This document shows positions 24,676-38,315 of a stretch of DNA of 64,000 nucleotides, piece by piece (within the stretch, counting starts at the first letter, position 1; every line of letters begins with the position of its first letter). A program made the position numbers and the translations under genes. A model generated the notes under the pieces. It did no database searches, was not told the DNA's origin, and saw only the letters and a program-made list of their open reading frames with translations. The DNA comes from Elsinoe ampelina. Lineage: Eukaryota. Location of the stretch: NCBI GenBank assembly GCA_010093995.1, contig ML992501.1:1731583-1795582 (forward strand). The letters are read 5' to 3'.

Positions 24676-27600
24676 TGTTAAGCGGAAGGCACGTTTAGGG
24701 GTAAAGTATTATATAGAACCAATCCGCACACTAGTTAGGTAATAGACAAGTTAATTAATTAAGGAGTCTATCTACCGAAAGAAAGAACAGCTATAAATCC
24801 CTAGGACTTAGCGTTATATAACCTGTAGTTATATAACCTTCGGGCCTAATTATCTAGAGAGAGCTATATTCTTAATACTTCTACTTAGCTCCTGTAGATA
24901 AGCTATTAGGTTGATAATAAGCTAAGTTACTTTATAAACCTCGTAAAGTTCTAACCTTATAATGGCTTAGTTAACCTATTAGCTACTATATCTACTGTCC
25001 TTACAAACTTAACCTGTATCCTCTAGTCTCTCTATAGCCTCCTAACGTAGTAGTAAGCAACATTAATATGTTTTGCCCTTTTATAAGTATGTAGCTCCTT
25101 TACAAGTAAAAGAGCTGCCTAGTTATCACTATTAATCTTAGTAGTAAAGGGTGATCTCATTATTGCTTTCTAAGACTCCTTTATAGTTAGCTTCTAAGGT
25201 AATTAACTAACTATCTTATAACAGCCTATATCTCTTAGTAACTAAGATAGGAACTGTAATCTCTTTATATAAGAGTATATTACTATGTATTTAGCCTCTA
25301 TAGTAGAGGTTAAAACAGACTTCTACTTCCTACTTATCTAGCTAATAGGACTACCTATAAGTATAAAGACGTATCTAAGAATAGAGACTCTGTCTGTCTT
25401 GTCTAAGGCATAGTCTAAATTAGAATATCCCTTAAGAGTCTTGTTATTATTCCTCCTAAACACTATACTAAGATCTTTAGTTAATCTAATATATCTTAAT
25501 ATCTTCTTTATCTTGACAGTATAGCTATCTATTAGATCTGCTATAAACTAACTAAGCCTTCCTAAGGCAAAGGCAGTGTCTAGTCTTGTTAGGGTACTAA
25601 GGTACATCTAGCTTCTAATAGTATATAAGTACTTAGTTCTACTAAACCTTATATCTTTAGTCTAAGCTCTCTAAGGGAGCTTATTATCTATTAGCTGCTT
25701 TATTAGAGTAGCCTTATTAGAGGTTATATTAAGCTTCTATAGCACATTATCTATATAGTAGGTCTAGTTAAGCCTTAAGGTTCCTTATTGTCTATCCCTT
25801 GTAACTTTAACCCTAAGAACTTTACTAACCTTACTAAGATCCTTAATCTTAAAGATTCTACTAAGCTCTTACTTAAACTACTAGATGTTCTCTTTACTTT
25901 ATACTATAAATGGTATGTTATTAACATAAACTAAGAGAATAATCTTCTTATTATAGTGTATAAGAAGATAGAGGTCTACTTCGCTCTAAGTAAAGCCTAG
26001 CTTTAAAAGCTTAGAGATATAGTGCTAATTCTAATCTCTAGTAGCTTACTTAAGTCTATATAAGCTCCTAAGAATGCGAAAGGTAATACTAAGTTAGACC
26101 TTAAGTCTAGGTAGTAGCCTTATATAAATTACTTCTCTAAGGAATAATTCTATAAAGGCATTATTAATATCCACCTAATGATATTCAAGGTCAAGTATAT
26201 ATACAATAGTAAAGAACAGTCTTAGTGTATCTACTCTAACTATTAGTGTAAATGTGTCTTTATAGTTAATACTATACTTCTATAAGAAGCCTCTAGTAAC
26301 AAGTCTAGCCTTAAACTTCTTAATAGAGCTATCTATGTTATACTTAACATTAAAGACCTACTTAGATGTTACTAAGTTTAATCCTTTTAGAGGGACAACC
26401 TCTTCCTATGTGTTATTTAATCCTAGAGTATTAAGCTCTACATTAATTGCTTCCTACTACTTACTTCCCTAAACTAGATTAGTAATAGCCTTATAGTAGT
26501 CTCTTAGAATTAGGATATATTACTTAATAGAGGCTATTATAGTAATCTTATTAACCTTATCTTGCTAATTAATACACTTAGTAATAAATGCTCTATAATG
26601 CTTTACCTTAGGCTCTTTATTATTAGATTCTTTATCTCTTAATCTCTTAAGTGATTAGCCTATATAATTAGGTAATATAGATTAAACTATTAGCTCTTCT
26701 CTACGTTAGAATTCTGCAAGGTTAATAGGGTTAACCCTTAGGATCTTAATATGTAAGAAGATTCTCTCTATAGGCGCTTCTTACTAAATAGGCTAATCTA
26801 ATTAGTCTACCTTAGGATTAAGCCGGGCTTAGATCTAGGTTAGTCTACTAATTAGTCTCCTAACTAGTGCTTAATTACTCGTAGTACTAATCTTAATACT
26901 AAGATTAATATTCCTACCTTTCTTAAATTTAGAGAACTTAACATTTAGTAATATAATTACTGCCTTCCTATTAGGTACCTATATCTTGTATATCCTGTTA
27001 GTTCTATCTATATAGCTAAGGAATACTCCTACTCTCCCTCTGTCTATAAGCTTATCTTTTCTTCTATATATAGGAAGGGACTTTAGGTTTATATAGGTGT
27101 ATACCTTATAGCCCTAGACTCTAATATAATTAACTAATAGCTTAATGCCTATATAGGCCTTAATTAGTGTAACTTACTTATTATTAATTATAGGTCTAGT
27201 TACTATCCTGTTCCTTAGATATATATCTACCTAAACTGCTTTAGGCTAGAACTTATTTAGCATCTTTAAGTCCTTAAGTATTGCTCTTATGCTATTCTCT
27301 AAGGTTTAGATGCCTTTCTCTACTAGTCTATTCTAGATTAAATTATATAGCTTAGTAGTTATGTAATAGATGCCTTCTTAGCGCTTCTACTGCTTTAGGA
27401 TCTTATTAAGCTTACTAGCATTATCTGATCTAGTGACCTTAACTTTGGCATTACTTTCCTTCTTAACCCTTAGCTTCTACTTAATAAGCCTCTATAGGGC
27501 TTTATCTCTTATCTTAAGTAGTATAATCTATGTCATCCTTAAATAGCTGTCTATAAGCTCTAGGAAGTATCTAAATCCTTCCCTACTTACTTTAATTAGG

Positions 27601-29910
27601 CTATAGATGTTAGCATAAATAAGCTAAAGAACCTTTAGTCTTCTCTATAAAGTTTTACCTCTTCTATTCCTTATCCTTGTTAAGGAACAGACCTTACATA
27701 GGATTAACAAATTATAGTTTAAATTAATAAGCTTCTTAAGGGTTATAACCTTATAAAGATCCCTAAGCTTCTTAACTCTAAGGTAAGCAAATCTCCTATG
27801 CTAGAGTTAGTACTCTATGTTAGAGTTGTTAGGTCTTAAATTAATAAGATCCTTATGTTACTTATCCTAGGTTAGATATACATACTTAGTGTATAATATA
27901 ATTACTAGCTAAGTAGTAAGGAATACTATGTCCTAATTAGCTAGATCTAGAATTAAGCCGGGCTTAGATCTAGAATGCAGCTTTTAATTAGCTAACTACT
28001 TAAAGAGGGATTAGATAATATATACCCCCCCTTAAATTCTAGCTTTAAGTAGTAGCTACTTTTGTAAATTAAGAACAAGAAAAGAATTTAAATTAAGAAT
28101 TCTAGAAACTCCTAAATCTGTATATAGCTTGTAACAGAAGACTAAATTAACACTAAGATTAGGTATATAAAGAGCCTATACCTTTATCTTATCTCCCTTC
28201 TTAGTCCTAATAACTGTAGTTCCTATTAACTATAACTAAAGGTAACCCCCCCTAACCTAGATCTATTAAGTGCGTATCTTGCTTAATAGGCCCCTAAAGA
28301 GAGTTAGCTTATCTATTATATAGTTAGATACTCTAGAGTTAAGTATCTACTAATAATGTAGAAGCTTACCTTACACCTCTAATGTAGAGCCTATAGTCTT
28401 AAGTTCCTCTTTACCTAATAGAACTTTAGGTAGTAGAGTTAAGATTAGAGAGGAAGGTTCGGACCGGCCTTTAGTAGNNNNNNNNNNNNNNNNNNNNNNN
28501 NNNNNNNNNNNNNNNNNNNNNNNNNNNNNNNNNNNNNNNNNNNNNNNNNNNNNNNNNNNNNNNNNNNNNNNNNNNNNNNNNNNNNNNNNNNNNNNNNNNN
28601 NNNNNNNNNNNNNNNNNNNNNNNNNNNNNNNNNNNNNNNNNNNNNNNNNNNNNNNNNNNNNNNNNNNNNNNNNNNNNNNNNNNNNNNNNNNNNNNNNNNN
28701 NNNNNNNNNNNNNNNNNNNNNNNNNNNNNNNNNNNNNNNNNNNNNNNNNNNNNNNNNNNNNNNNNNNNNNNNNNNNNNNNNNNNNNNNNNNNNNNNNNNN
28801 NNNNNNNNNNNNNNNNNNNNNNNNNNNNNNNNNNNNNNNNNNNNNNNNNNNNNNNNNNNNNNNNNNNNNNNNNNNNNNNNNNNNNNNNNNNNNNNNNNNN
28901 NNNNNNNCTACTTATCTATCTTGTAGTTTACAAATTAGATAACTAGCTCCCTTACACTTGCTTTAAGGTTTGTTTTGTACTTAGACTTAAGTAATCTCTA
29001 ATACTCTAATATAAGCTCTTCCTTATATAGTAACTCTTTGTTATCTTATAAGATGCACTAGACAACCTAGTACTTAGTAGTTATATTAGCCTTTTACTAG
29101 TCCTTTAACTTAATAGGTAGGACTAAAAAGGAGCTAGAGGTGTTATTAGATAATAGTGTTACTAAAGGGGTAGTCTAACTACGAATAGTCTAGAAGGCAT
29201 CCTTACTTATAAGGTATATTTCTATCTAGTAGAACTATTCTCTCTAGTTAAGTCTATTAAGCTTAACAACTAGTCTTCTTAAAGATAAGAACTAATCTTC
29301 TATAGTTAGGAATTAAGTTCTCTAAGGAGAAGAGAATTAAATAAATAAATAAAGGTTAAGTTTAGTTAATAACCTCTAGTTAATAGTTGTCTATAAGGCT
29401 AGCTAGGCCTTAGAGGAAGTTAATAAATCAAATATGTTTAGTTAATCTAGCTAATAAATAGTAGCTATAGTAGAACAATTATAGGAGTTAAACCTGTACT
29501 AAATAGAAGTGCTATTCCTACTTATTGTCCTAAGTAGTATAATCTTTTACGACTTATAGTATAGTCTACTAGGCTTACTAAAGGTATCTAGATAGTTAAC
29601 TATAAGGCAGTAGGGATATTGTAATTCTACTTCCGTTTTGTTTAAGCAGTGGGCTAACTACTATATATATAATTCTATACTTGTGCTATAAGCTCCAAGC
29701 TTATAACCTATTAAGTAGAAGGCACGTTTAGGGGTAGAGTATTATATGGAACTAATCCGTACACTAGTTAGGTAATAGACGAGTTGATTAATTAAGGAGT
29801 CTATCTACCGAAAGAAAGAACAGCTATAAATCCCTAGGACTTAGTATTATATAACCTATAGTTATATAACCTTTAGGCCTAATTATCTAGAGAGAGCTAT
29901 ATTCTTAACA
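24676..29910 (-). mobile_element. Full-length Ty1/Copia (family C), RIP-inactivated, contains gap 28478-28907
   Basis: 202-bp LTRs at 24676-24877 and 29709-29910. TSD GTAAG. PBS-like GGTTATAAGC. LWHRRFAHLG relic at ~27778-27806. RT LLVYVDDI relic at ~25912-25943. Integrase lies upstream of RT. Confidence 0.95.
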
Positions 29911-30683
29911 GTAAGTACTATTACTTAAATAAGTATATAAGGCTAGATAGATAAATACTAAACTAGTAGACTATAAAGGAGGTTAAATAAAGGCTAAATA
30001 ATAAGATACTTAAGGAGAAAATTAATACTATTCTTACTAAAGAAGTATAATATTAAAAGAAGTTAACTCTACTAGTACTAATTAATATAGCTATAACTAT
30101 AGAATTATACTTAGTATTTATTTTAGCTACTAGTAATATCTTAAGCTTATAAATACTAGACTCTAGAGTAACTAATTATATTTATAATTATACTATAAAG
30201 GATAGATATAAAGTTATTAGAATTATAAAACCTTATAAGAAGCTATTTTATAGTAATACTTTACTTAGTATTAAGAGTTAAAGAACTATTAATATTATAG
30301 CTCTTTATAAAGAAAAGTTTATAACTATCTATCTTATAAAGGTAGCTTATATACTATTAATTATAACTAATCTAGTTAGCCTTAGGAGGTTTATTAATAG
30401 TAGAGTCTACTAAAATACTTAAACTATAAAAATTAGCTATAAAAGAAAAGTACTTTTCTTAGTTATACTAAAGTATAACTAATATATCCTTAAGAATAAC
30501 TCTAAAGCTCCTAATATTACTACTATAGTATTAAGAAATAATAATAATTATCTACTATTAGTATTTACTATAGTTACTATAAGGACTAATTAATCTTAGT
30601 ATAAAGTTATAGACTATCTAAGCTTAGAGTCTATTAATTACCTTCTAACTACTATAGTTAGTAGTAAACTAACTCTAACTAAG

Positions 30684-33600
30684 TGTTACGAACTGTCTAA
30701 ACATAGCCTACGTTAGTAGTCTAAGCTAAGCTAAGAACGAGGTAGTTCTACTTCTATAGTAGTATAGTACTAAGGTAAGAGTCGGAGAAGGTATATCTTA
30801 TAGATAATAAAGTACAATTAGATAGTATTACAAAGGCTAGCCTTAGTAATACTAGTGTTCGCTATCTAGACGAGGTTAACTATAGTACTTATATAAGGTA
30901 AGGACTTATTCCTATATACATGTGTTCTTTACTATATACTTTATATACTCTACGTACTCCGTAGTAGAGCCGCTAGAGAAGATAGAGTATACGCTCGCTA
31001 GTAACCTACGTGCTCTATAGTCTCCGGGGTAGAGCCGCTAGAGAAGATAAAGAACTAAGTAAATATCGGGCTAAGTTATATAATAACCTTAGTAGTTTAA
31101 TTAGTCCTAACGTTTCTACGCTCTAGCTTATCCTACTAGTTCGTAACACTACTCTCCTCCTTTAATCGAGTTATTCTAACGAGTAAGTATTCTTCTCTAT
31201 CTTTACGCGCTATATACTAAATATATCTCCTAGTCGTTAAAGACATAGTAAATCTAGCATATCTATACGAAAGAATCTCTTAGAGTTTATTAAACTATTT
31301 AGAACTAATATACTATAGGCTTATTCTCGTTACAAATCGAAGGGGCTAGACTATAAGGTCTATATTCGGTCGGGTATCTATAGCTAGTATATTACAAGTA
31401 ACTACTCTAGTTATAATATTTAGGTAACAAAATCGGAATAGTAGCGTCTCTAGTCTAAGTATATTCGTTTACGAAAGGAATTAGTTATAGCTAAGGCTAC
31501 TAGAAAGAAAGCTAAAGAAGCTTATAAAAAGGCAAAAGAGGCTTATTAAAGAGCTATAGGTAATAAGCTTCGCCTACGCGAAGAGATATAAAAGTTAGAG
31601 GATAAGGCGAAGAAAGTAATCTCTTTAAAGGAGACTTGTATTTAAGTCTTAGAGTAGGAGAAAATACTATCGTTAGTGAATCCTGTCCTACTATAGGACT
31701 AGTAATTATTTATGCCTAACTCCGACTAGAGTTCCTTATTCGGCAACGATTAGGGTACTTCTATTAGCTAAGTAGTCTTCCTTAGGCGTTCTCGTTTTTA
31801 TTTAGTATTAGTAGCGTTAGGTCCGCCTAGTTAGTTTACTTAGAATAGGTTTTTAGTTTAGTAATCTAGGATTACTTACGAGGTAAGATGTTTCTCTAGT
31901 TCCTATATTGCCTTACTATACTAATGTTCTTTCTAGTAGATAAGATAGTAGCGTTTTCCTTTTATAAGTTTATAACGTAATACTCTTTCTATCTTATACT
32001 ATAGCTCCTATGTTTCTTTATCTAGTTCGATAGGTCTAGGTATAGTATTCTATAGTACTTTCTCTAGTAGTAATATATAAAAGACTAGATAGATCCTTAT
32101 ATGTCTCGGTAGTTCTAGTTTATATACGTTCTTGTTTTTCTTTTCTAAGATCCTAAAGGGTCCTAGTTTAGTATAGTTAAGTTTCTTACTCGGTTGTTTC
32201 GTTTTAATATTTTTGCTAAGGAGGTAAACTTTCTCTCTCTCCTTTAGAATTAGTCCCGTAATTCTCTTCTAGTTAGTAAATTCTGCTATCCTTTATAATA
32301 TAAATGCTATATTATAGTATAGCTAGTTATATAGTTTCTTAATGTTAGTAACTAGTATATTAGCGTCCTTAGATACTAGCTTAATTCTAAGTGTGTTATA
32401 GTATAGATCCGAGTATATTCTATAGTTTATATAGAATAGTAAAACTTTATTCGCGGACTTTCTATTATTAATAGCAAGCTCCGTAAGTAGTAATAGTATC
32501 GCCTATAAGTCTTACTTATAGTTTAGGTAGCATCGTAGGTACTACTCTAGTACTTAATTTGCCTATTTAGTTTATCTGTCCGTTTATAGATAAAAGGAGG
32601 TTAATAGCTTATATTTAACTCCTAGTAGATCCACAAATAATTACTAGAATTATAACGTAAATAGCTTATCTCTATTAGTTATTAGGTCTCGTAGTACTCT
32701 ATATTATAAAACAATTATTCGAAGGAAGGTAAAGGCTATATCCTTAATAGTTACTATTGTCTTATATAGTATAAAGTAGTAATACTTCGTAAACCTATCT
32801 ACTAGGACTAGAATACTATTGTACTTTACACCTATAAGAGGTTCTTCTAATAGTAGTAGAGGTCCTATAAAGTCTATCGTAACTAATTACTATAGCTTGT
32901 CTAGTAGTAGCAAGGGTTATAGTAAGCTATATAGCTTATGTCGTAAGTGCTTAGACTTATAGCATATATCGTATACAGCGATATATATCTTAACATCGTT
33001 TCGGAGTCCTTTCTATAGGTAGTTTTATGTAATAAGTTTAATAGTCTTATTAATTCTACTATATCCCGTAGTTAGGTTATTATAGTATATTTAAATAACT
33101 TCTTTTTTCTATTCTTACGTAAGCTCCTAGGTAAGGCTATATAATTGCTCTACCTTTAGGTACTTATAGACTAAAGCGCTATCTTACTACTTTAGTATAG
33201 AGGCCTCTATTATTATTATATTCTTTAAGTAGTCCGGTTGTCGGCTAAGAGCGTTCGCTCCGCTATTCTCTAATTCCTTAACATAGTAGATCTAAAAGTT
33301 ATAGCTTATAAGTGTTTCTAACTATCGAACCTGTCGTCTATTAAGAACCTTAGTTATTATCTAATATAATAGGTTCTTATAGTTAGTATAGACTTACATA
33401 GGTAAGGTTATTTCTTCTAGATATATATGCTATTCGCGGAATACTTCTATAATTGTAAGTAATTCCTTATTGTGTATATCGTAGTTAAGTTTAGGCCCGG
33501 TCATTTTTCGTAAGTAGTATACGATTAGGTAGCGTCGTCCCTATACGTCTTTCTACGCTAGACACGCTTCTATTATAGAGTCTAAGGCATTTGTTTCTAG

Positions 33601-36600
33601 TAGTGCTTATTAGTCTAGGTTAAAGAGTACTAGGATAGGTGCTATTATAAGTCTAAGCTTTAGCTTCTTAAAGGTCTACCTACATCTTTTGTTAAAGACA
33701 AAGCTAGTTTCCTTTTTCGTAAGGTTAGATATTAGCGTAGCTATCTTAGAGAATTCTTTAACAAACTTATAGTAGTAGTTAAAGAACTCTAGTAGCGCTT
33801 AAACCTCCTTAACTATCGTAGGTTCCGGCTAGTTATTTACTAACTTAATCTTCTTCGGATCGGGTCTAATACTATTAGTAGATATAACATAGCCTAGAAA
33901 TTATATCTTGTACTTATAGAACTTACACTTAAAGAGTTTTACTAGTAAGTCTTTCTCTTTTAGTTTCTATAGCACTTTATAAATATATCTTATATGTTTA
34001 TCGTATATCTTTAAGAAAATAACAATATTATCTAAATATACTAAGATAAAGTTATTAAGGTATTCTTGTAGAGTATTATTAATTAACTCTTAGAAGGTTA
34101 TAGGAGTGTTAGTTAACCTAAAGGGTATAACGAGGTATTTATATAGACTCTATTATGTCCTAAAAGCCGTTTTCTACTCCTTGCTCTCCTTTATTTGTAC
34201 TTAATAATAGGTATCTCTAATGTTAATTATAGTAAACTATTTAGCTCTAAGTAGTTAGTCTTAGAGTTTGTCGATTCTAGGTAAGGGATAGCAATTCTTC
34301 CGGGTAAGTGTATTAAGTTTCTAGTAATTAATACATATTTATAACGTCTTATCCTTCTTAAGTGCGAAAAGCACTCCGTACATAATAGGTAATTTTAATA
34401 GTCGTATAAATCCTTTAAGTAAGTACTTATCGATATAGTCCTTAAGGACGTTCTCTTCTTATTTCGATAGTAGTATTAGACCTTAATAGTGTATCGGGGA
34501 TTTACCTTCTTTAAAAGGTATTTCGTAATTCTATAGTTTATATTAGAGTAAGGCTATAATACCTTCTCTTTCTATAAATAAGTCCTTAAAGTCTTTATAT
34601 TCCGGCGGAAGTACTTAATTACTTACGCTAGCGATAGCTCTAACTATTAGTTATACCTATACTATTCTTATAGTTAGTATCTACGGAGCTAATTATGCTC
34701 CCTATATTCTATAATTATACTTAGAGAATTTAAGTGTTTCTTTAATCTAGTCTACGTCTAGATTATGTTATTAAAGCTAGTCTATACTAAGTACTATATT
34801 ATACTATATGTTAACTATATTAATTAATTGTTTTTCTATATATATCTTAATTTTAATTATAACATTTTATAGTTCCTAAGTAACTTTCTTATTCTTCTCT
34901 ATAGAGGTTCTATTCGCTATAGTAAGTAGGTAAGGTAACTCCTTCTAATATTAATAAGGTTTAAGCTATTTAGCAACTATTATAGAGACGTAGCTATAGT
35001 TAGCTCCTAAATCTATTATTGCTCTTACCTTATTTCCTTATATCTAGGCTTCTAGTATAAAGTAATTTAATATATAGATCTTTATTATATTAAGGCTTTA
35101 GCTAGTGTTATTATCTTACCTTATTAGGCAATAACTAGCTAGTTTTTTGTTATTGTAGCTCCTTAGATAAGTAGCTAATCCCTTCCTACGCGTATCTACT
35201 ATTAGTACTATATCTATTAGGCAAGTCGTGTTTTATCGTTGTTTAATATAGCGAGGTAAACTTCCGGTACTTACGTTCCTTAATAACTATAAAGTCTAAT
35301 AATTCTCTACTAGTTATACCGAGTAGTGTTATATACCTATACTAGTATAACTATCCCCTCTAGGTATAGCTAGGTATTAGCGTTAAAGACAAACGCGAGT
35401 TAAGTAGATTTGTCTTATCGTATTCTATTCTAGTAGTAGGTGTATATTATTATATAGTTTCTCTATATTTCTATAAGGTATGCCTTAAGTCGTCTACCCG
35501 GTAGTAGTACGTCGTTGTCTTTGTCGTTAGATAAGTCTTTATCTATATTATTACATTATAGTTATTTAGTATATTCTTCGTTGTATTTCTCTTCGTCGCT
35601 ACTGCCCCTAGTATAGTTATAGTTAGTAAGGCTACACTAAGTATATTCCTATACTTAGCTATAGGGAATAGTACTACCTATTTTAATTACTAAGAAGTCC
35701 GTAGTGTATTTAAGACTAATAGCCTCTTCTCTAAGTATATTATATAAGTAAATAGTATAGTACTATTCGTAATTTAGATTTGTGCATTTCTAGAGCGATA
35801 TATAATATACCTTTCCTTATAGTTCGCTATAAAGGCTAAAGGTAAAGCTACTATGTTATTATATAGTACTTACGTCCTAATACTTCGTCTCGATAATTGT
35901 ATATTAGTAATTGTCGCTAACTACCTTCTAAGGTTAGTTAATGTTACTACTAATTATAGAGAGCTCTTCTAGGTTAGGTTCCTAGTCTAGCTATTTTGTT
36001 AGTTACCTACGCTTAGATAGCTTATATAGAAACTAACTAGATCCCTGCTTGTCTAATAAGTAAATATAACAAGAGTTATTATAACATGCTATCTATAATA
36101 GCGTTACGTATTAGCTTTATTATTCGCTATTAGTCGTAGAGATATTAAGCATAACATCCGGAGAGGATTCTATTACCTCTTAAGTCGTCGTAGACTTCTT
36201 CTATATTTCCTTACCTATGCTAAAGATCGTTAGGTCTTCTATAGTAGTATTAGCCTTTTTCTCTACTAGCCCGGCAACTATTATATATAATCTATCGGCT
36301 AGCGCCTCTTATTAGTAGTCCCTAGCCCGATGCCTAGGTCTTTTACACTTAAAACATAGATTATCTCGTCTATACTTCTCTCTCTCTTTTCTACTAAGGA
36401 ACTTTCCTCTACAACTTCGGCCTTGTATCTATAAGGGGCAACCTTTACGTATAGCGTTAAGTTCTATAGGGTCTCTATAGTTTCGAGAGAAACGTATATA
36501 TCTAGTGTTTACCTTATATCTTCTATAACGTTCTATACGTCGTTCGTAAAGTTAGTTATTAATAGTAATTGCGGTATCTACTAGTTCTTAGAGGCTATTA

Positions 36601-37708
36601 GGCAGCTCGAGTATTATTTAGTCCTTAACTAAGTCGCTTAGTCCTTAGTAGAATACTAAATGTTTAGTACTATTATTCTAGTCTAGGTGTATTATAAGTT
36701 ATTAGAACTAGAAGTAGTACTAGGCTATAGACCTACGTTGTTATAGTTGTCAAATCTTCGTTATAGTAACATATTTCTTATTAGATACGTTAAAGACTTA
36801 CTTAATCTTTGTCTAGAAGATGCTAAAGCTCTTAAAGATAGCCTTTATATCTAGGCCTAGTTATCTATCTAGGTAGCTACTTATATAAGGCTCAAACTAC
36901 CTAAAGGTAGCGCCTTTAAGGTGTATCCTAGTATAGAGGACCTTTACTACGTCGTTAGTGTACTTGTCTCTCTCTAGAGTAAAGAAGGCTTTAAGTTAAA
37001 CAAGGAAGCGCCTTAAGTAGACATAGTCCCCGTAGAAGAGTTCTACTTCTAACTTAGGCTTGCTCTATCTCTCCCCTATACTAAGAGACCTTCTATGTTC
37101 GCCCGAGGTTAAACTAGTAGTAGATATATTGTTAATAGTAAGCTTTCCTAGCTTACTAGTAATCGAAGATACTAATAGTAACTTAGAGCAAGAGTTACTT
37201 ATTAACCTTATAGCGTGCTATACTATAGCAAGGGTAGTTAAAATGTTACGAACCGTCTAAATATAGCCTACGTTAGTAGTATAAGCTAAGCTAAGAACGA
37301 GGTAGTTCTACTTCTATAGTAGTATAGTACTAAGGTAAGAGTTAGAGAAGGTATATTTTACAGATAATAAAGTACAATTAGATAGTATTATAAAGGCTAG
37401 CCTTAGCAATACTAGTGTTCGCTATCTAGACGAGGTTAACTATAGTACTTATATAAGGTAAGGACTTATTCCTATATATATGTATTCTTTACTACGTACT
37501 CTATATGCTCTACGTACTCTATAGTAGAGCTACTAGAGAAGATAGAGTACACGCCCGCTAGTAACCTATACGCTCTATAGTCTCCGGGGTAGAGCTACTA
37601 GAGAAGATAGAGAACCGAGTAAACGTTAGGCTAGGTCGCGTAATAACCTTAGTAGTTTAATTAGTCCTAACGTCTCTACGCTCTAGCTTGTTCTACTAGT
37701 TCGTAACA
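30684..37708 (-). mobile_element. Full-length Ty3/Gypsy, second copy of subfamily A2 (element D), less mutated
   Basis: 465-bp LTRs at 30684-31148 and 37244-37708. TSD CTAAG. Colinear with 823-7843. Confidence 0.96.
31223..31771 (+). pseudogene. Antisense Zn2Cys6-like/coiled-coil accessory gene, second A2 copy
   Basis: Same length and frame as 1360-1908; retains more ancestral codons (CGT TAC AAA TCG AAG GGG; CTT CGC CTA CGC GAA GAG). Confidence 0.7.
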
Positions 37709-38315
37709 CTAAGCTTAGTTTAGTAGCTTAACTAATTTATCTTAGGTCTTTATATTAGACTTATAAGCTATTAAATACTTAGTAAATTATAATAAGGAGT
37801 TCTAATACTAAACTTACTATATTAAAGCTATTTAAGAGAACTACCTTTAATATTATTATTAATAGATTTACTAGCTATAATAAGGTAAGATATATAAGCT
37901 ACTTTACTTATAGAACTACTAACTATTAACTAGTTACTACCTATACTTATAGATATAAGATTAATAAAATCTATATTAAAATAATTACTTATATTAAAAG
38001 CAATCTTAGCTTTAAAATTAGATTCCTTAGGAGTAATAATAAGAAAGCTTTTAGCTTTAAATTTACTATCTTCTTAAATAGTAAAGAAATCTATTATAAG
38101 CTATCTACTCTCTATACTTAAGCTTAGAATAGTTATAATAAAAGAATAGAAGCTATACTATTAAGAAGAGTAAGGGTAATTACTATCTTTACTAATCTAC
38201 TAAGAGAATTATACTCTAAACTATATAGATTAGTAGCCTATTTAATTAATAGAACACCTCTTAAGAAGCTAAACTAGAAGACTCTCTTTAAGCTAGTTTA
38301 TAGATATTCTCTATT

